Notes: generated by a model from the letters alone, not told the origin. A stretch of DNA of 64,000 bases from Marsupella aquatica (GCA_973895155.1 OZ316891.1:15779037-15843036); one strand, 5' to 3'; positions 50,060 through 62,283 are shown, numbered from the stretch's first letter. Translations and numbers: made by a program.

Positions 50060-50917
50060 ATGTCAGTTGCAGCTCTACCTTTGCCAGTGATACACTCTCG
50101 CTGTTTGCAACACTCTGCCAAAATCTGAGCTCAAACCGCAGCCGATTGCCCTTCCAACTCGAAGTGAAATTTCGCCCCAAGCTCAGAATCCCGAAACTGG
50201 ACACGTAGCAGATCGTGCATGCTAAAGTGCATACCAAACGATGTCGGTTGCAGCTCTAACTTTGCCAGTGATACATTCTCGCTGTTTCCAATGCTCTGGC
50301 AAAGTCTGAGCTTAAACCGTAGCCAATTTCCCTTCCAACTCGAAGTGAAATTTTGCCCCAAGCTCAGAATTGCGAAACTGGAGACGTAACAGATCGTGCA
50401 TGCTAAAGTGCATATCAAACAATGTCGGTTGCAGCTCTAACTTTGCCAGTGATACATTCTTGCTGTTTCCAATACTCTGGCAAAATCTGAGCTCAAATCG
50501 CAGCCGATTGCCCTTCCAACTCGAAGTGAAATTTCACCCCGAGCTCAAAATCGTGAAACTAGAGACGTAGCAGATTGCGCATGCTAAAGTGCATACCAAA
50601 CGATGTCGGTTGCAGCTCTAACTTTGCCAGTGATACTTTCTCGCTGTTTCCAATGCTCTGGCAAAGTCTGAGCTTAAACCGCAGTCGATTGCCCTTCCAA
50701 CTCGAAGTGAAATTTCGCCCCAAGCTCAGAATCGCGAAACTAGAGACGTAACAGATCGCGCATGCTAAAGTGCATACCAAACGATGTCGGTTGCAGCTCT
50801 AACTTTGCCAGTGATACATTCTCGCTGTTTCCAATGCTCTGGCAAAGTCTGAGCTTAAACCGCAGCCGATTGCCCTTCCAACTCGAAGTGAAATTTCGCC
50901 CCAAGCTCAGAATCGCG
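50060..50917. repeat. 181-bp monomer array in the LINE 5' UTR (about 4.7 units)
   Basis: Units start at 50060, 50241, 50422, 50603 and 50784. Confidence 0.95.
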
Positions 50918-51647
50918 TTTGGACAAAGGAGTTCAGCAAGTGGTTTGCGCTGGTTTGGGACCTTGACAGTCGTGAGGTGGTAAGGACATTGAGGCATCCC
51001 TGAGAAGCGCTTGATGGTAAGGACATTGAGGTGTTGGAGACATTGAGGCGTTGCGGACATTGCCTTAGAGGCTCTTGAGGCCAGTGACAGCTTTTGGCGC
51101 GAAGGCAAGCGGAGATTTGTCTCCTGCCTGAGAGCTGACAGCTTCGGATTGAGACAACGTGGGCGCACCAAGATTCAGAGAAGACTGACTGGCTGGGACG
51201 TCTTGGGAAGTTGCAGCCGTGGAGGGACCGGGAGCGCTAAGGTACATTGCAGCTACGAGCAGCAATGCACCTGCCATAGTGACATTGAACTGCCCTGAAT
51301 CACCCTGGTTAGTCCAAACTTCCATTTGCAAGTTAGTTTTGGTAGTGGCTTTGGTTTTCTAGGCGGAATGAGCTCCGATGCCATGCATTAAGAATGTGGG
51401 AAATGCTATTTTGTAGCTTGCTACCTCATAGTGCTAATTTCAACTTCAGGTTTGCGTGGTTTTGGGCGATAAGCTTGTGGCTCATTCGGACTGAGTGACC
51501 TTCCTGCGGGCCCTGCCCTAAGTGTTCACACTTCTCGCCGTCCCAAACTGCGAAAGGCTTCCCCCCGTTCTGTATCCCTGCTTCAGTAATTGTATTGAGG
51601 TCTTTCAATCAGTCTCATAGGGGAGGTCATTGTCTTCTCTGTAAGTT

Positions 51648-51895
51648 ATGGTAATGGTAATGGTAATGTATTATAAGCTCCGGGACCATGAAAGTCAAAG
51701 GAGCTGCCACAAAAAGTAAAGTACAATGCAATCAAAGAAAAGAGCAACCAAAAGAGATTGCTCAGAAGAGGACAACTATGTCCTCAAAGAAACTATGGAC
51801 CTAGAGAGCCCTATGGACCTAGAGAGCCCTGAAAGATTTTCCAAACCTATTCTCCTTTCCCTATCCACCGCAAAGATATATCTTCCAAGTTGTTG
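51648..51895 (-). mobile_element. 5'-truncated LINE 3' fragment (same 18-bp-duplication variant)
   Basis: Tail, 3' UTR and ORF2 end; shares diagnostic changes with 45667-46038. Confidence 0.95.
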
Positions 51896-54269
51896 CTCCT
51901 ATCGCACTACCAAGCTTGTTGAAGGGAGCTACTATCGCGAGCTGCTACCATTGCGAGCTACTACCATCGCAAGTTGTTGAGGAGAGGGCCAGTTGTTTGC
52001 GAAAGGATTTCCAGATTGTGTCGGAGGTCCAGATTTCTTGCCTGTGGGTCCCCATGTTTGCAGTTTTTTCCTGGCTTCTTGCGCAGTGCTCCGACGTAGT
52101 ACCCATGATGCTAGTCTGAACGGATTCATGAGCTGTGACTGATTTGCTGTTCAAATGATGTCTTCAACTAGAGCTACAATTAGTGTCTGCGGAGCTGCCA
52201 ACCAGGTGCAGGTGTGATTGAGGTCAGTTCAACTGTTGGGTTGCCCGAATGTTCTGTTGCCATCATTTGTAACCACGAGCAATGGACTTTAGAGGCGGGA
52301 TTTTCTAGGGATTTCTGCTCAACCCTTTGCTGGCTTTCTACTTTGAGGTCTATTTTGGGGTTCGGGCAAAGGGCGGAGGGCGAAGATCAAGCATTGCAGT
52401 TTTGCTAACGCTACACGGTGGAAATTGGACCAGCCAACTCCTTGTCTACGGTGTTGTGGAGCTGGGCGAGCTGCGACAAGGGACCAAGCCAGGCGACCTG
52501 TGAATCAAAGCCCATTGACCGCTGCTGAAGGTTTGATGTTCTATATTTGAAGCTGTCGTTTGCTTTCTATTTGTCAGTCTTTCACAGCTGCGCATTAGTG
52601 TTGGCCCTATCCTCCGTCCCTCTGCTGGCCTGCTACTGACATTTGGTTAATCATAGTTGTTCACTGCTGTGCATTAGTGTTGGCCCTATCCTTCGTCCCT
52701 CTGCTAGCCTGCTACATTTGGTTAATCAAAATGCAATGTCTGTCTGAGTGAGCTGATCATCTCCAATGTAGTATGGGCTTGGGATTTACATATATGTTTC
52801 CTGCTTCCAGCAGATAGGCAATTGCTTCCAAGCTCTTTGGTGCAGACGTCTCTATGGAATGCAATGCCCTATATGCCAGAGCTTTCATATATTGGCATGT
52901 TCACATTTGCTCTTGGAATATATGATCCCGAAAGCTTCATGAGCAGTTTATGTTCAGAATTCTGTTTATGTTATTGTTTCCGTCAATTGCAGCTTGGATT
53001 TTTGAATATATGTCCTGTCATTGATGATAGAGGGTGGTTGAGATTGGTTTTCTTTCTTCTTGGTAGTGGGTCAGTGTGTTGGCATTTTCCTCATGTCACT
53101 CATTCTCATCGGACGAGCTGCGGATTGGTACTGAATAGTCATTTAGCCTATTGCTGCCTCCCACCGCCATTGCCGATTGCCGCTATCATCGTGTATTGCT
53201 TGCTTGCTTGCCACTGCCTTTGTTGGTTGCCACCCTCTTCACACTCTCTCGCATCTATCTTCCGATATGAACGCGCAGCCAAGCCCACCAAAAGCTCTGT
53301 CCCTACAATCCCTCCCAAATCAACTTCCTTGTTTCCTGCTGCTCATGATCACCGCATTGTTCTTCCCTATTTTTGTTTACTTATTGGTCTCTCCACACTT
53401 GTTGCTTCACATGACTATTTTGCTCCTCCCTGGATCCGAACATGCCTTGTGCCCAATGCTCCCACGGTGGAGTGGGGTGGTGAATAGACGACCTCAACAC
53501 CATTGCAATCACATTTGGATGGGTTAGTTTTTTGCAGCTTAAACCTGTCGGGATTTTGCGCTTGTGGCGACGCTATCCTTTCTGCCACTTCATGAGTTTG
53601 TTTATGCTGCAGTGGGCGGTCTTGCGCAACTCAATGAGCCAATTTCATTTTCCCTGTGCACTTCTATTTCTCAGAGAATTCCCTGGTCATGCTCATTTGC
53701 CCCAGAGTTAGAAAACAAAGAAGAAGAAGAGCTGACTAATTGTAATTCCAATCCATATCCTGATCGGTCAAGGATTGTGAACTACATTGGCCTTGTCATT
53801 GGCCGAGGTCACCAAATTTTGCTTGGTTTCATTCCTGTGGAGCACTGTTGTGATGGATGAATAGTTGTCGTAGCATTCTGCAAACTCTCACGGTTTGCTT
53901 ATGGCCATTATTTGCAATTTGCTGCTACTAATATGTCACCGACTGAGCAGCATACACCGGAAGTAAGCAATAGTGGAGGTTTAACTGCACATCAACACAT
54001 CCAGTGAACTACCTCTCTGCTGCTCACTGGAGGGTGAGACTTTCACTCTTTCTGGATATTGTAGTTTGTAAGCAAGTTGATTAGGAGTGTTTCATGCTAT
54101 GTTTACATTGTGACCCCTAGCTGGAACCAATGGAATGACACAGTGAGTGGGAACTGATAATTTAAGGTTAGTTGCTGTTGGTGAGGCAAGTACAGCTCCT
54201 GCTCACCTTGCTGATCGAAGGTGCTTATCAGAGGACGTGAACACACGACACTCCACAAAAGCAACACTT

Positions 54270-54719
54270 ATGGTGAGGACCCGCAATGCTCAACATGTGC
54301 GGCTTGCACGCAAGGCAGAGATGTTGCGCCTTGAGTATGTCAGACTTGGGATCCTTCCAGCCCAGTCTGCATGGTACTTTGAGTACCCAGTTGTTGCCAG
54401 GAATAACTACAGCCGCCCTGTACCTGCTTCTCCACCCTTCCCAACATCCTTGGTATTTTTGTCTCTCGTACATGACCCGCCACAAATTAGGGCCCAAGGG
54501 TGTGTGCACAGTTGCCAGTATGACTGTCCTGCCTGTAGGGCTTCTGGCCTAGAGTTGGATGACCGTTCTCTTGGATGTCGGTTTTTTCACAGAGCACAAT
54601 GTATCATCTGGAACCACTCGCCATCCTGCAGTGTGCCTGGCGATGTCACTTGTCCTGCCCTCCCAGACCCCACCACCGGTCACTTTGGTGTCTATACATG
54701 TTTGGATCACACGCTGTAG
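54270..54719 (+). CDS. Small Cys/His-rich protein, possible degenerate PHD-like finger (CACTA cargo)
   Basis: CPAC...CRFFHRAQC...YTCLDH; open frame from the ATG at 54270. Confidence 0.35.
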   Translation: MVRTRNAQHVRLARKAEMLRLEYVRLGILPAQSAWYFEYPVVARNNYSRPVPASPPFPTSLVFLSLVHDPPQIRAQGCVHSCQYDCPACRASGLELDDRSLGCRFFHRAQCIIWNHSPSCSVPGDVTCPALPDPTTGHFGVYTCLDHTL

Positions 54720-55390
54720 AAGACCACTTGTCACACCGCATGCACAGACCAGAGACCATTGACCTATAACTTAACACTTTGACTTGAACAGAGAGGATAT
54801 TTACTTAAGATTTTGAATTATGAGCAATTTTGGGTCCAGGGTTTACGGTCAACAGTACATAACTTATCCTATTATGGCTGCACTAAGTACAATATCCTAA
54901 TTTAAGAGGCTAGCAAGCTCACTTAAAAGTCTCCTTTCAAAGACTGGAATTAATGGGCCATGTGATAACCTGGAAAAAGTGATTTATGCCTAACTTATTT
55001 GTCTCATTCACTATCATAGCCTATTTAGGATGTATAAATTACAACCCTGATCACACTGCTTGATACCAATCCTGTTCAAAAAATGCATGTTTTACATGTC
55101 ACGACTGTTATATGTGATTCAAATGCATTAAATCTTGTTGCAGATCTCCTTTGGTGAATCATAGCCACAAAATTGAGGTGTAGGTGGAGAGCTATTGTAC
55201 GAGGGGATCAGTTTTTAGTGTGGGCTCAATAAACCAAAAAGTATGTCTACTCTGCACATGTGTGTGAACATTTCATTGCAGTAGCAATTGCCACTCTAGT
55301 CTATATGCTACATTGTACTTTTTGTACACTGCACTAAATTATATTGTCTGTGCACTCTACTAAATTGTACTATCTGTCTCAGGCGTAGGC

Positions 55391-56071
55391 ATGGCACGCC
55401 CTAAAATCCGAGCCAAGAAGCGGGGGACAGAGGTGAGCAACACAGGTGTAGTTGGGCCAGATGGTAGTAACTTCTCCGCAAGTCAGATTTTCCAGAAGGC
55501 AGCTCATTGTTATGCCATTTGTGACGATGGTGGTGGCTTAGCCATATGTGAGGGCCCTTGCATGAGGCATTTCCACCTCAACCCGGAGTCTGACCTTGCT
55601 GCAGAAAACAACTGTCCAGGGGTGGGCCTCCCGTCAGCACACCAGGGAGGCTGGATGTGCACTGATTGTTTGGAGAAGCAGGCTAAGTGTGCACAGTGTG
55701 GGAAGTTGGGGTCTTATGAGGGCTCTGTTGATACTCCACCACTTGTTAGGAAATGCCCTAACAGATATTGTGTGAGGTTCTTTTGTTTTTCATGTTTGCC
55801 CGATCTTGCCACAACTTGCCCACTTCATAAGTGCAAGGCATGTGGTCAGCACGATGAAGATTTCTGGGTGGACATAGTCCACTGTGTTAGGTGTCCCACC
55901 ATGTGGCACTTTCATTGTTTGAAGGAGCGTCAAGCAGAAGGCTATGCTTGTGACAGACACATCTATCATCACTCTGCACATGGTGTTGATCGATGGATCT
56001 TCTATTGTCATCGCCATGCCATAGATCCTACTTTGCACACTCCCATGAGAGATCACATTTCTTGGCTTTGA
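55391..56071 (+). CDS. Tandem PHD-finger protein, EDM2/NSD-like PHD cassette (CACTA cargo)
   Basis: N-terminal basic NLS; CYAICDDGG.LAICEGPCMRHFH..C..W.C..C, CPLHKC, CVRCPTMWH..C, FYCHRH.IDP.L.TP.RDHI. Confidence 0.8.
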   Translation: MARPKIRAKKRGTEVSNTGVVGPDGSNFSASQIFQKAAHCYAICDDGGGLAICEGPCMRHFHLNPESDLAAENNCPGVGLPSAHQGGWMCTDCLEKQAKCAQCGKLGSYEGSVDTPPLVRKCPNRYCVRFFCFSCLPDLATTCPLHKCKACGQHDEDFWVDIVHCVRCPTMWHFHCLKERQAEGYACDRHIYHHSAHGVDRWIFYCHRHAIDPTLHTPMRDHISWL

Positions 56072-56669
56072 ACCTGAATAATGTACATGCATAGTGCACC
56101 TGATGTGGATACCTTGGAGATTGCAGACATTCCAATTTTGAGAAGAAGGACCTCTGTAGGAGAGGATGCTTAGGCAACAAGTACCCTAAGTTCATTACTT
56201 GTTCCTGGGTACATGCCTTCAAAAACTCCCCTTAAGCCTTCTAGGAACTTTTTTAACTCTGCAATCATTTTGATCACGACTTACATGACACTGCTTAAAT
56301 TAAATCAGGACTTCTCATTATGAGCATATAAGTTACAAGGCTATTTAATTTGCGAGAATTCCCTTAAAGTGTACCAACATTTTCTATTCTCATTGAATGT
56401 CTGCCCATTTACAACATCTGTATGTGGCATCACAAAACAATTGCACTTGTCACCTTCAATATTGTCAAGGCACATATTCAAACTATGAGGTGCATGCTTG
56501 CAGGTGTCTAGTACGTTTGTCCCAATATTTCTTCCGTTTGGAATCGGAGCAGAGACTCACCAGACGACTGGACTGGACCAAGTTATAAACGCAGCATTTT
56601 AAGGGCCCTCCGATTATCAGGTGAATGCATTATCTTCCGGTCTGAAGTGATTAGGTGGCCCGTGTGTAC

Positions 56670-57518
56670 ATGGCCTCTAGGAAACGTACAAAGGTTGACC
56701 ACCCGCCTCTGTTGGCTGGAATCAAAGCCATTTTGATTCCTGGCCACTATGGGTTCACCCAAGTGAGTTGGCCAATCGTACAAAAACGATTCTCAGAGTT
56801 CCATGGGACTGAAGTCAAGGACATCATTCCACAGACTACACATGTTGTTGCGGGGACATGGCTGGATGTGATGAACAACTGGTCATGGTCCTTCATTGAT
56901 TCTGCCATTACCAACCAAGGTCTAAAAGTAGTTGAAGTCTCTTGGCTGACCGATTCTGTTAAACATAGGTGTGTACAGAGTACTGAGCAATATGAGTTGT
57001 GGGAGAGTGAGGAGGCCACTGCAGAGGCTTTGGCTGAAAAGGAAGCCTATGAAGTAGCGGCAGAGAAACCCAACTTTGCTTCTGTCCAATATGGACCTGT
57101 TGTCAACATAGGACACCATCCTATGCGTGCAGATGCTATATTGAATGAGCATGGCAAGGAGAGAAATATCATTATGAAGGGGTTCAGTGTGGTATTTGCA
57201 GAAGAAGGAATTGGGGAGACTAAGTGCAGATTGTACAAGTCTATAGTTGTTGAGCTAGGTGGGACAGTGGAGGAGAGTCTAACAGAAACCTCCACTCATG
57301 TTGTAGGTCTGTCATACATGAAAATATGCAGAAAATTCTTTAAGACAACAGTGCGTGATTTTGTCATGAACAACAATCTTTGGGTGCTTTCCCCTGATTG
57401 GCTTCTGGAATCAGCAGCTAGAGGGAAGCGACAGAATGCTTGGGACTTTGATATTTTTGAGGCCTGGCCCTCCAAGATTCAGCGGAGATGTATGCTTAGC
57501 AAAGGTGGGAGAGAGTGA
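56670..57518 (+). CDS. Tandem BRCT-domain protein (CACTA cargo)
   Basis: Two repeats, each with G...TTHVV/STHVV and VV..SWL.DS or VLSPDWLLES signatures. Confidence 0.75.
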   Translation: MASRKRTKVDHPPLLAGIKAILIPGHYGFTQVSWPIVQKRFSEFHGTEVKDIIPQTTHVVAGTWLDVMNNWSWSFIDSAITNQGLKVVEVSWLTDSVKHRCVQSTEQYELWESEEATAEALAEKEAYEVAAEKPNFASVQYGPVVNIGHHPMRADAILNEHGKERNIIMKGFSVVFAEEGIGETKCRLYKSIVVELGGTVEESLTETSTHVVGLSYMKICRKFFKTTVRDFVMNNNLWVLSPDWLLESAARGKRQNAWDFDIFEAWPSKIQRRCMLSKGGRE

Positions 57519-57658
57519 GGAGTAGGAGTCCCTCATATTTTTGTATAAATCACAATTTTGTAATAAATGTGATCCTTGAACTAACTCATCTTGTCATGGT
57601 TGGTCGCAGTTGAAGTGATTGTTGTTTCCTGCTGCGTGGGGTGTGACTGTGAATCTAC

Positions 57659-58225
57659 TTGCTGGGCTCTGTTTGGCTGAAGACTTTGGTGGGTATGCTG
57701 CCTCTTCCAGACCGTCAGGCCCTATGTAGGGTCCTCCTACGGGTTGCATCGTGCATGGCTACTGCTTGGGCTTACTTGTGTGGATTGGTAACCAGACAGA
57801 GTGTAGCTCCATCCGAGATAATGCCTGCAGACCTTGGATGTGTTGTGAATGCTGTGGTGAATGAGGATGCACAGTCGGAAGAGGACATTTACTTTTCAGC
57901 AGATGAGTTAGACAAGCACGATGCTGTAGGTGGTTCCTTGTTGCCTGATTTGGCAGATGATATAGTTCTTGCACATGTCTGGCCGAGGGTTCTTGTGGTG
58001 TCTGGCGCACAAGATATCTGCAAATATAGACTAATTAGTACCCAGTGGAGGGACTTGGTAGCAACATGTGCACCATGGAGGGCACTGCTGCCACTGCTTG
58101 TAGGCACGGATCGAAGACCACCATGGCATGAGCAGGGTTTAGACCTTGATGACTTAATGTACATGCCTGAGTACCTCAGGGCTGAGTGGCATCGACAACA
58201 GGATTGGTATCCGTATTTGATGTGA
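57659..58225 (+). CDS. F-box-like protein (CACTA cargo), start uncertain
   Basis: LLPDLADDIVLAHVWPRV...YRLISTQWRDLV resembles the plant F-box LP..DD...R.VS..WR.L. Confidence 0.55.
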   Translation: MLGSVWLKTLVGMLPLPDRQALCRVLLRVASCMATAWAYLCGLVTRQSVAPSEIMPADLGCVVNAVVNEDAQSEEDIYFSADELDKHDAVGGSLLPDLADDIVLAHVWPRVLVVSGAQDICKYRLISTQWRDLVATCAPWRALLPLLVGTDRRPPWHEQGLDLDDLMYMPEYLRAEWHRQQDWYPYLM

Positions 58226-58555
58226 TAGTAAGATGAGGACATCTCACACCGGTCTCGCACCTGGCACCTGTGTCTATGACTATACATGATTGGACTCTGA
58301 TATGGTCATGGATGTACGTGCAGAGGCAGTACATGTGAGGACAGCGGAGGAGTTGACACCCTCAAACATTTAGGAATTTTGTCTCATTCACTTGAGAATA
58401 GGTACATGACTCAGGCACCTATATTTTTTGTTTTTTTTGTTTTTTTGGAACGTTACGTATTTTGGCAAGTACAGTCGGGGGTGAAATCCTTAACAGGAAG
58501 TGTATTTTTCACTTGCATAATAAAATGACAGGGTGCTGAGTGCGTGTGTATAGTG

Positions 58556-61500
58556 ATGGCTCCAAGGTTGCCTCTTCACAACCCATTTAGGATTAGGCAT
58601 CATGATTCTAAATTGTGGATGCGTGAACAAGCCCGGGCCGCCCAAGGTAGGAGTAGGAGGATGAGATGCCCATGCACACAGTGCCAAGGATTCAAGTCGT
58701 TGAGTTTGAACACTGTGCACCTTCACCTGCTGCGGCATGAAAGGCACCCTCGGTGGAGGGTTTGGAATGTACCAGCAGAAGAAGACTCCTCTGATGAAGA
58801 GTGGAGAGCTGACTTTGTGGATTCTAATACAGCTAGGCGTAGAGACTACGTAGAGCAGGACATAGACTGTGCAGAGGATGGTCCTGGGGTCCAACATGAG
58901 AACGTGGATGACCAAGATGGAGATGGAGAGGCAGTCACTGAGGACAGTGGGATGGATATCCCAAGAATGGTTCAAGAGATTTTTGAAGACCTTGATGCTT
59001 TTTACGACACAGTGGAATCAGAAGAGGACAATGAACCGCAGCCACACATTGGCGACGGCCAAGCTGAACCTGACTTTGACATTGGGGAAGGTGCAGCAGA
59101 GAGGGAGTGGGTGTTTGGGGGCCCAAAACACATCAAAGAAGCTTGCATTCCTATCTACGAGGGGTCGAACTGCTCCAAGCTGGGTTTTGTCGTGTTGTTG
59201 TTGAACATCTGTGGCAATCACAATGTTCCCAATATATTTGTGACAGAGTTGTTGACCTTCCTGCGCCAAAATGTGTTACCAGATGGTAATTCAATTCCAA
59301 AAAATATGTACGAGGCTAGGAAATTGATGTCTAACCTTGGGCTGAACTATGTGTCTATTGACGCATGCCCTGATGGGTGTGTTCTCTTTCGCAAAGAGCA
59401 TGCAGATAAATTGACATGCCCTCATTGTGGTAAGCACAGGTACAAGAATGTAGGGAAATGTACACACCCTGCCAAGGTTCTTCGTCATTTTCCTCTCATT
59501 CCTAGACTACAACGTCTGTTTAGATGCCCTGCCATTTCCAAGCTGATGACATGGACTCCTGATAACAAGAGCAGTGATGGCCTGCAGCGTCACGTTGGAG
59601 ATTCCAACCATTGGAAATTTGTTGATGAGAGGTGGCCACAGTTTGCTGCAGAGAAGCGGAACTTTAGATTTGGTCTATCACTGGATGGAGTAAACCCATT
59701 TGGAGACAAAAACAACCGTTATTCATGTTGGCCGGTTACGCTGCTAAATTACAACCTTCCCCCATGGATGACTACAAAGAGGTTTTTTGTCATGATGGTG
59801 CTGTTAATCCCTGGACCAGCTTCTGTGACCGAGCAATTCATAGATATCATGTTGGCTCCAGCAGTGGAAGAGTGGAAGACTTTGTGGATAGAAGGGGTGT
59901 TAACCCATGATGTTCTGAAGGGGCTTCTTCGACCCAGCCCCTTTAGACTGCATGCAATTTGTTTGCTGGATATAGCAGATTACCCAGGCCATGGCATCAT
60001 ATCTGGACGAGTGACAAAGGGCTATGTGGGGTGCACACCATGTGGGAAAAATGTGACAAGTGAGTGATCGCATGCCCTGCACAGTATGAAATTTCAGGGC
60101 ATAGAAGGTATCTGCCTGTTGATCATCCTTACAGGCACACACGGTCTCAAATTGCACACTTCAACAACAAAACAGAGCTTCGTGGCCCACCACAGAGGAT
60201 CACCAGAGAGCAAGTCCTGAGGTGGGCAGCCAGGAAGGCTGATTGGGACAAGAGAAGTGCCACTGATCGAGAACCTGAGGATCCAGTGGTGAAACACGGT
60301 GTGAAAAGACAGACCTTGATGGACTTGGAGTTGGAGTACTGGAGGGTAATGGTAATGGTAATGGTAATGGTAATGTACTTAGCCTCCAGCCCCTGTATGA
60401 TTGCAATTTTAGATTGGAGCAATGGTGGATTGATGTTGGTTACAATCCTCCTATGTGGTTAATTAGTGTTTCTGTTGTTGAATTCTTTGCTTTGTGGAGT
60501 GCAGGAATTCGAGCCCACCAAACACAATGTGGACGTCATGCACATTGAGAAAAATATTTGTGAGAGCTTGCTGAAGTTCTTGTCGGGTGAGAAAGATACA
60601 GGAGCAGTTCGAGCTGATATGCAACAGAAGGGGATTCGCCCTCACCTTTGGTTGAAGCCCCATGCAAGCAATCCCAATGTACTTCTCAAGTTCCAAGCTC
60701 CCTATGTGTGCACACAGGATGAATGGAAGACATTCTTGTATAGATTGAGCTGTCTGAAAGTGCCCTCTGGCTATGCTGGTGCCTTCAAGAAGCATATTAC
60801 AAAGAATAAACTTGGCAGTATGAAAACACATGACTACCATGTGTTGATGCAGCACATTCTGCCCCTATGCCTCAGAGGTCTCATGCAGAAACCAGTCCGT
60901 AATGTCATTCTTCGACTGTGCAATGTATTTCGCCGTATATGTGTGAAAGTGTGGGATCCCCAAGGATTGGAGCAGTTGAAGCAAGCAGGATGCTGCTTAT
61001 GTCCTCTGTGACTTGGAGATATACTTCCCCCCTGCTTTCTTTGATGTTATGACTCATCTCCTAATCCATGTGGTAGAAGAGCTAGGGCAGTATGGGCCAG
61101 TCAGTACCAGATGGATGTACCCTATGGAGCGATACATGAAGTTGTTGAAAGGTCATGTGAGAACATACTACAGGCCAGAGGCTTCCATGGCATTGGGGTA
61201 CATTAAGGATGAGACGTTGGGATTCCTAACAGAGTACATGGCTGGGTCTGGTGAAGCTATGACAAGAGTTTGGAAATCTGGTGAAGATGATGGAGTGAGT
61301 GGCGAGGTTGTTGAAGGTGTGGGACGTGCTGTTCAGCTGCCTGTTGCGATTCGAGACAAGGCTCATTCATATGTGCTGGCAAACACAGAGCCTATGCAAC
61401 CATGTTGGAGGTGAGTGATTGAATTGACTTGCCTTTGTTGTGATGCTTCTTGTCTGTTCCAAGGGTGATCTTAGGTTGTCATGTGTTGTTTAGACCTAAC

Positions 61501-62283
61501 TATGCCTGTACCTCATATTGCAGGGAATATGATATGCAAAAAGCTGCACACTCTGGGCAGCAGGATCCCTTCCCACAGTTCGAGCAGTGGATTCGGGTGA
61601 CAATTCGAGAGCATAGTAGACATCACCCAGATATGGAGAAGGATTTGTATCTTCTATCTGTGCCACCACGATTGTCTATTCTGACCTACAAACGGATGAG
61701 AGCTTATGGAAATCATTATCGAGTGAGGGATGAGCAGGGTGACCATTGTGTATCATATGATTGTGGTTTGATTTCTGTGTTTGAGCAGAGAACCTCTGAA
61801 GAACAGAGGGGGTGGATGAAGATGGGTTACGTGGGGGAGTTGACCGACATTTGGGTGTTGAATTATGGTAACACAAGTGTCCCAGTGATATTGATGAAGG
61901 GATCATGGGTGAAATCAGAGTGGCAGAGACCAAGGGCCACCATGAAGCGTGATCATGATGGGTTCTTGTTGGCCAATTTTAGGTCCAGAGTACCAGAATG
62001 GTCTGAGCCTTTTGTTTTCCCTAGCCAAGTTGAACAGGCTTTCTTTGCAGATGTGGAGGAGTCACATGGCTGGAGGGTGGTATGCCATAGCCAAGCACGG
62101 AACAGGCGGATGGATGGAAGTAAAGTAGAGTTCAGTTTGGATGACCATGCTGCATTTGAGCATCCTAGTCATGAGACTGTACTTCAAACTCGGGCAGGGA
62201 CTGACTACATCCCCTTAACATTGAGAGAGACATATGATGAACCTGGGCAAATGGAATATGATGAGGTTGATGATTTGCAATAG
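58556..62283 (+). pseudogene. Full-length CACTA transposase (transposase-associated domain, Transposase_21 and C-terminal domains), disabled
   Basis: CPC..C, IDACPDGC..CP.C, LSLDGVNPF, YNLPPW, DYPG, GHRRYLP, DVMHIEKN, WMYPMERYMK; stop at 60065, frameshifts near 60097 and 60985; introns 60346-60504 and about 61410-61523. Confidence 0.93.
60345..60377 (-). repeat. (GGTAAT)5 tract equal to the LINE tail, located at an intron donor
   Basis: Same hexamer and same GGTAATGTA ending as the LINE tails at 45667, 46039 and 51648. Confidence 0.8.

Larger units (their letters stand above)
46039..50917 (-). mobile_element. RTE-X-like LINE, copy 2, near full length
   Basis: Tail, short 3' UTR, ORF2, ORF1 and about 4.7 monomers of 181 bp. 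Confidence 0.95.

Noticed and set aside
50918-51647. HDV-like or hammerhead ribozyme at the LINE 5' end
   Set aside because: Partial look-alike strings only; I could not assemble the required paired helices by eye, and an Infernal/RNAMotif search would be needed
52822-53860. ORFs of 221, 116 and 98 aa in the CACTA interior
   Set aside because: No motifs, non-ATG starts and composition typical of non-coding DNA
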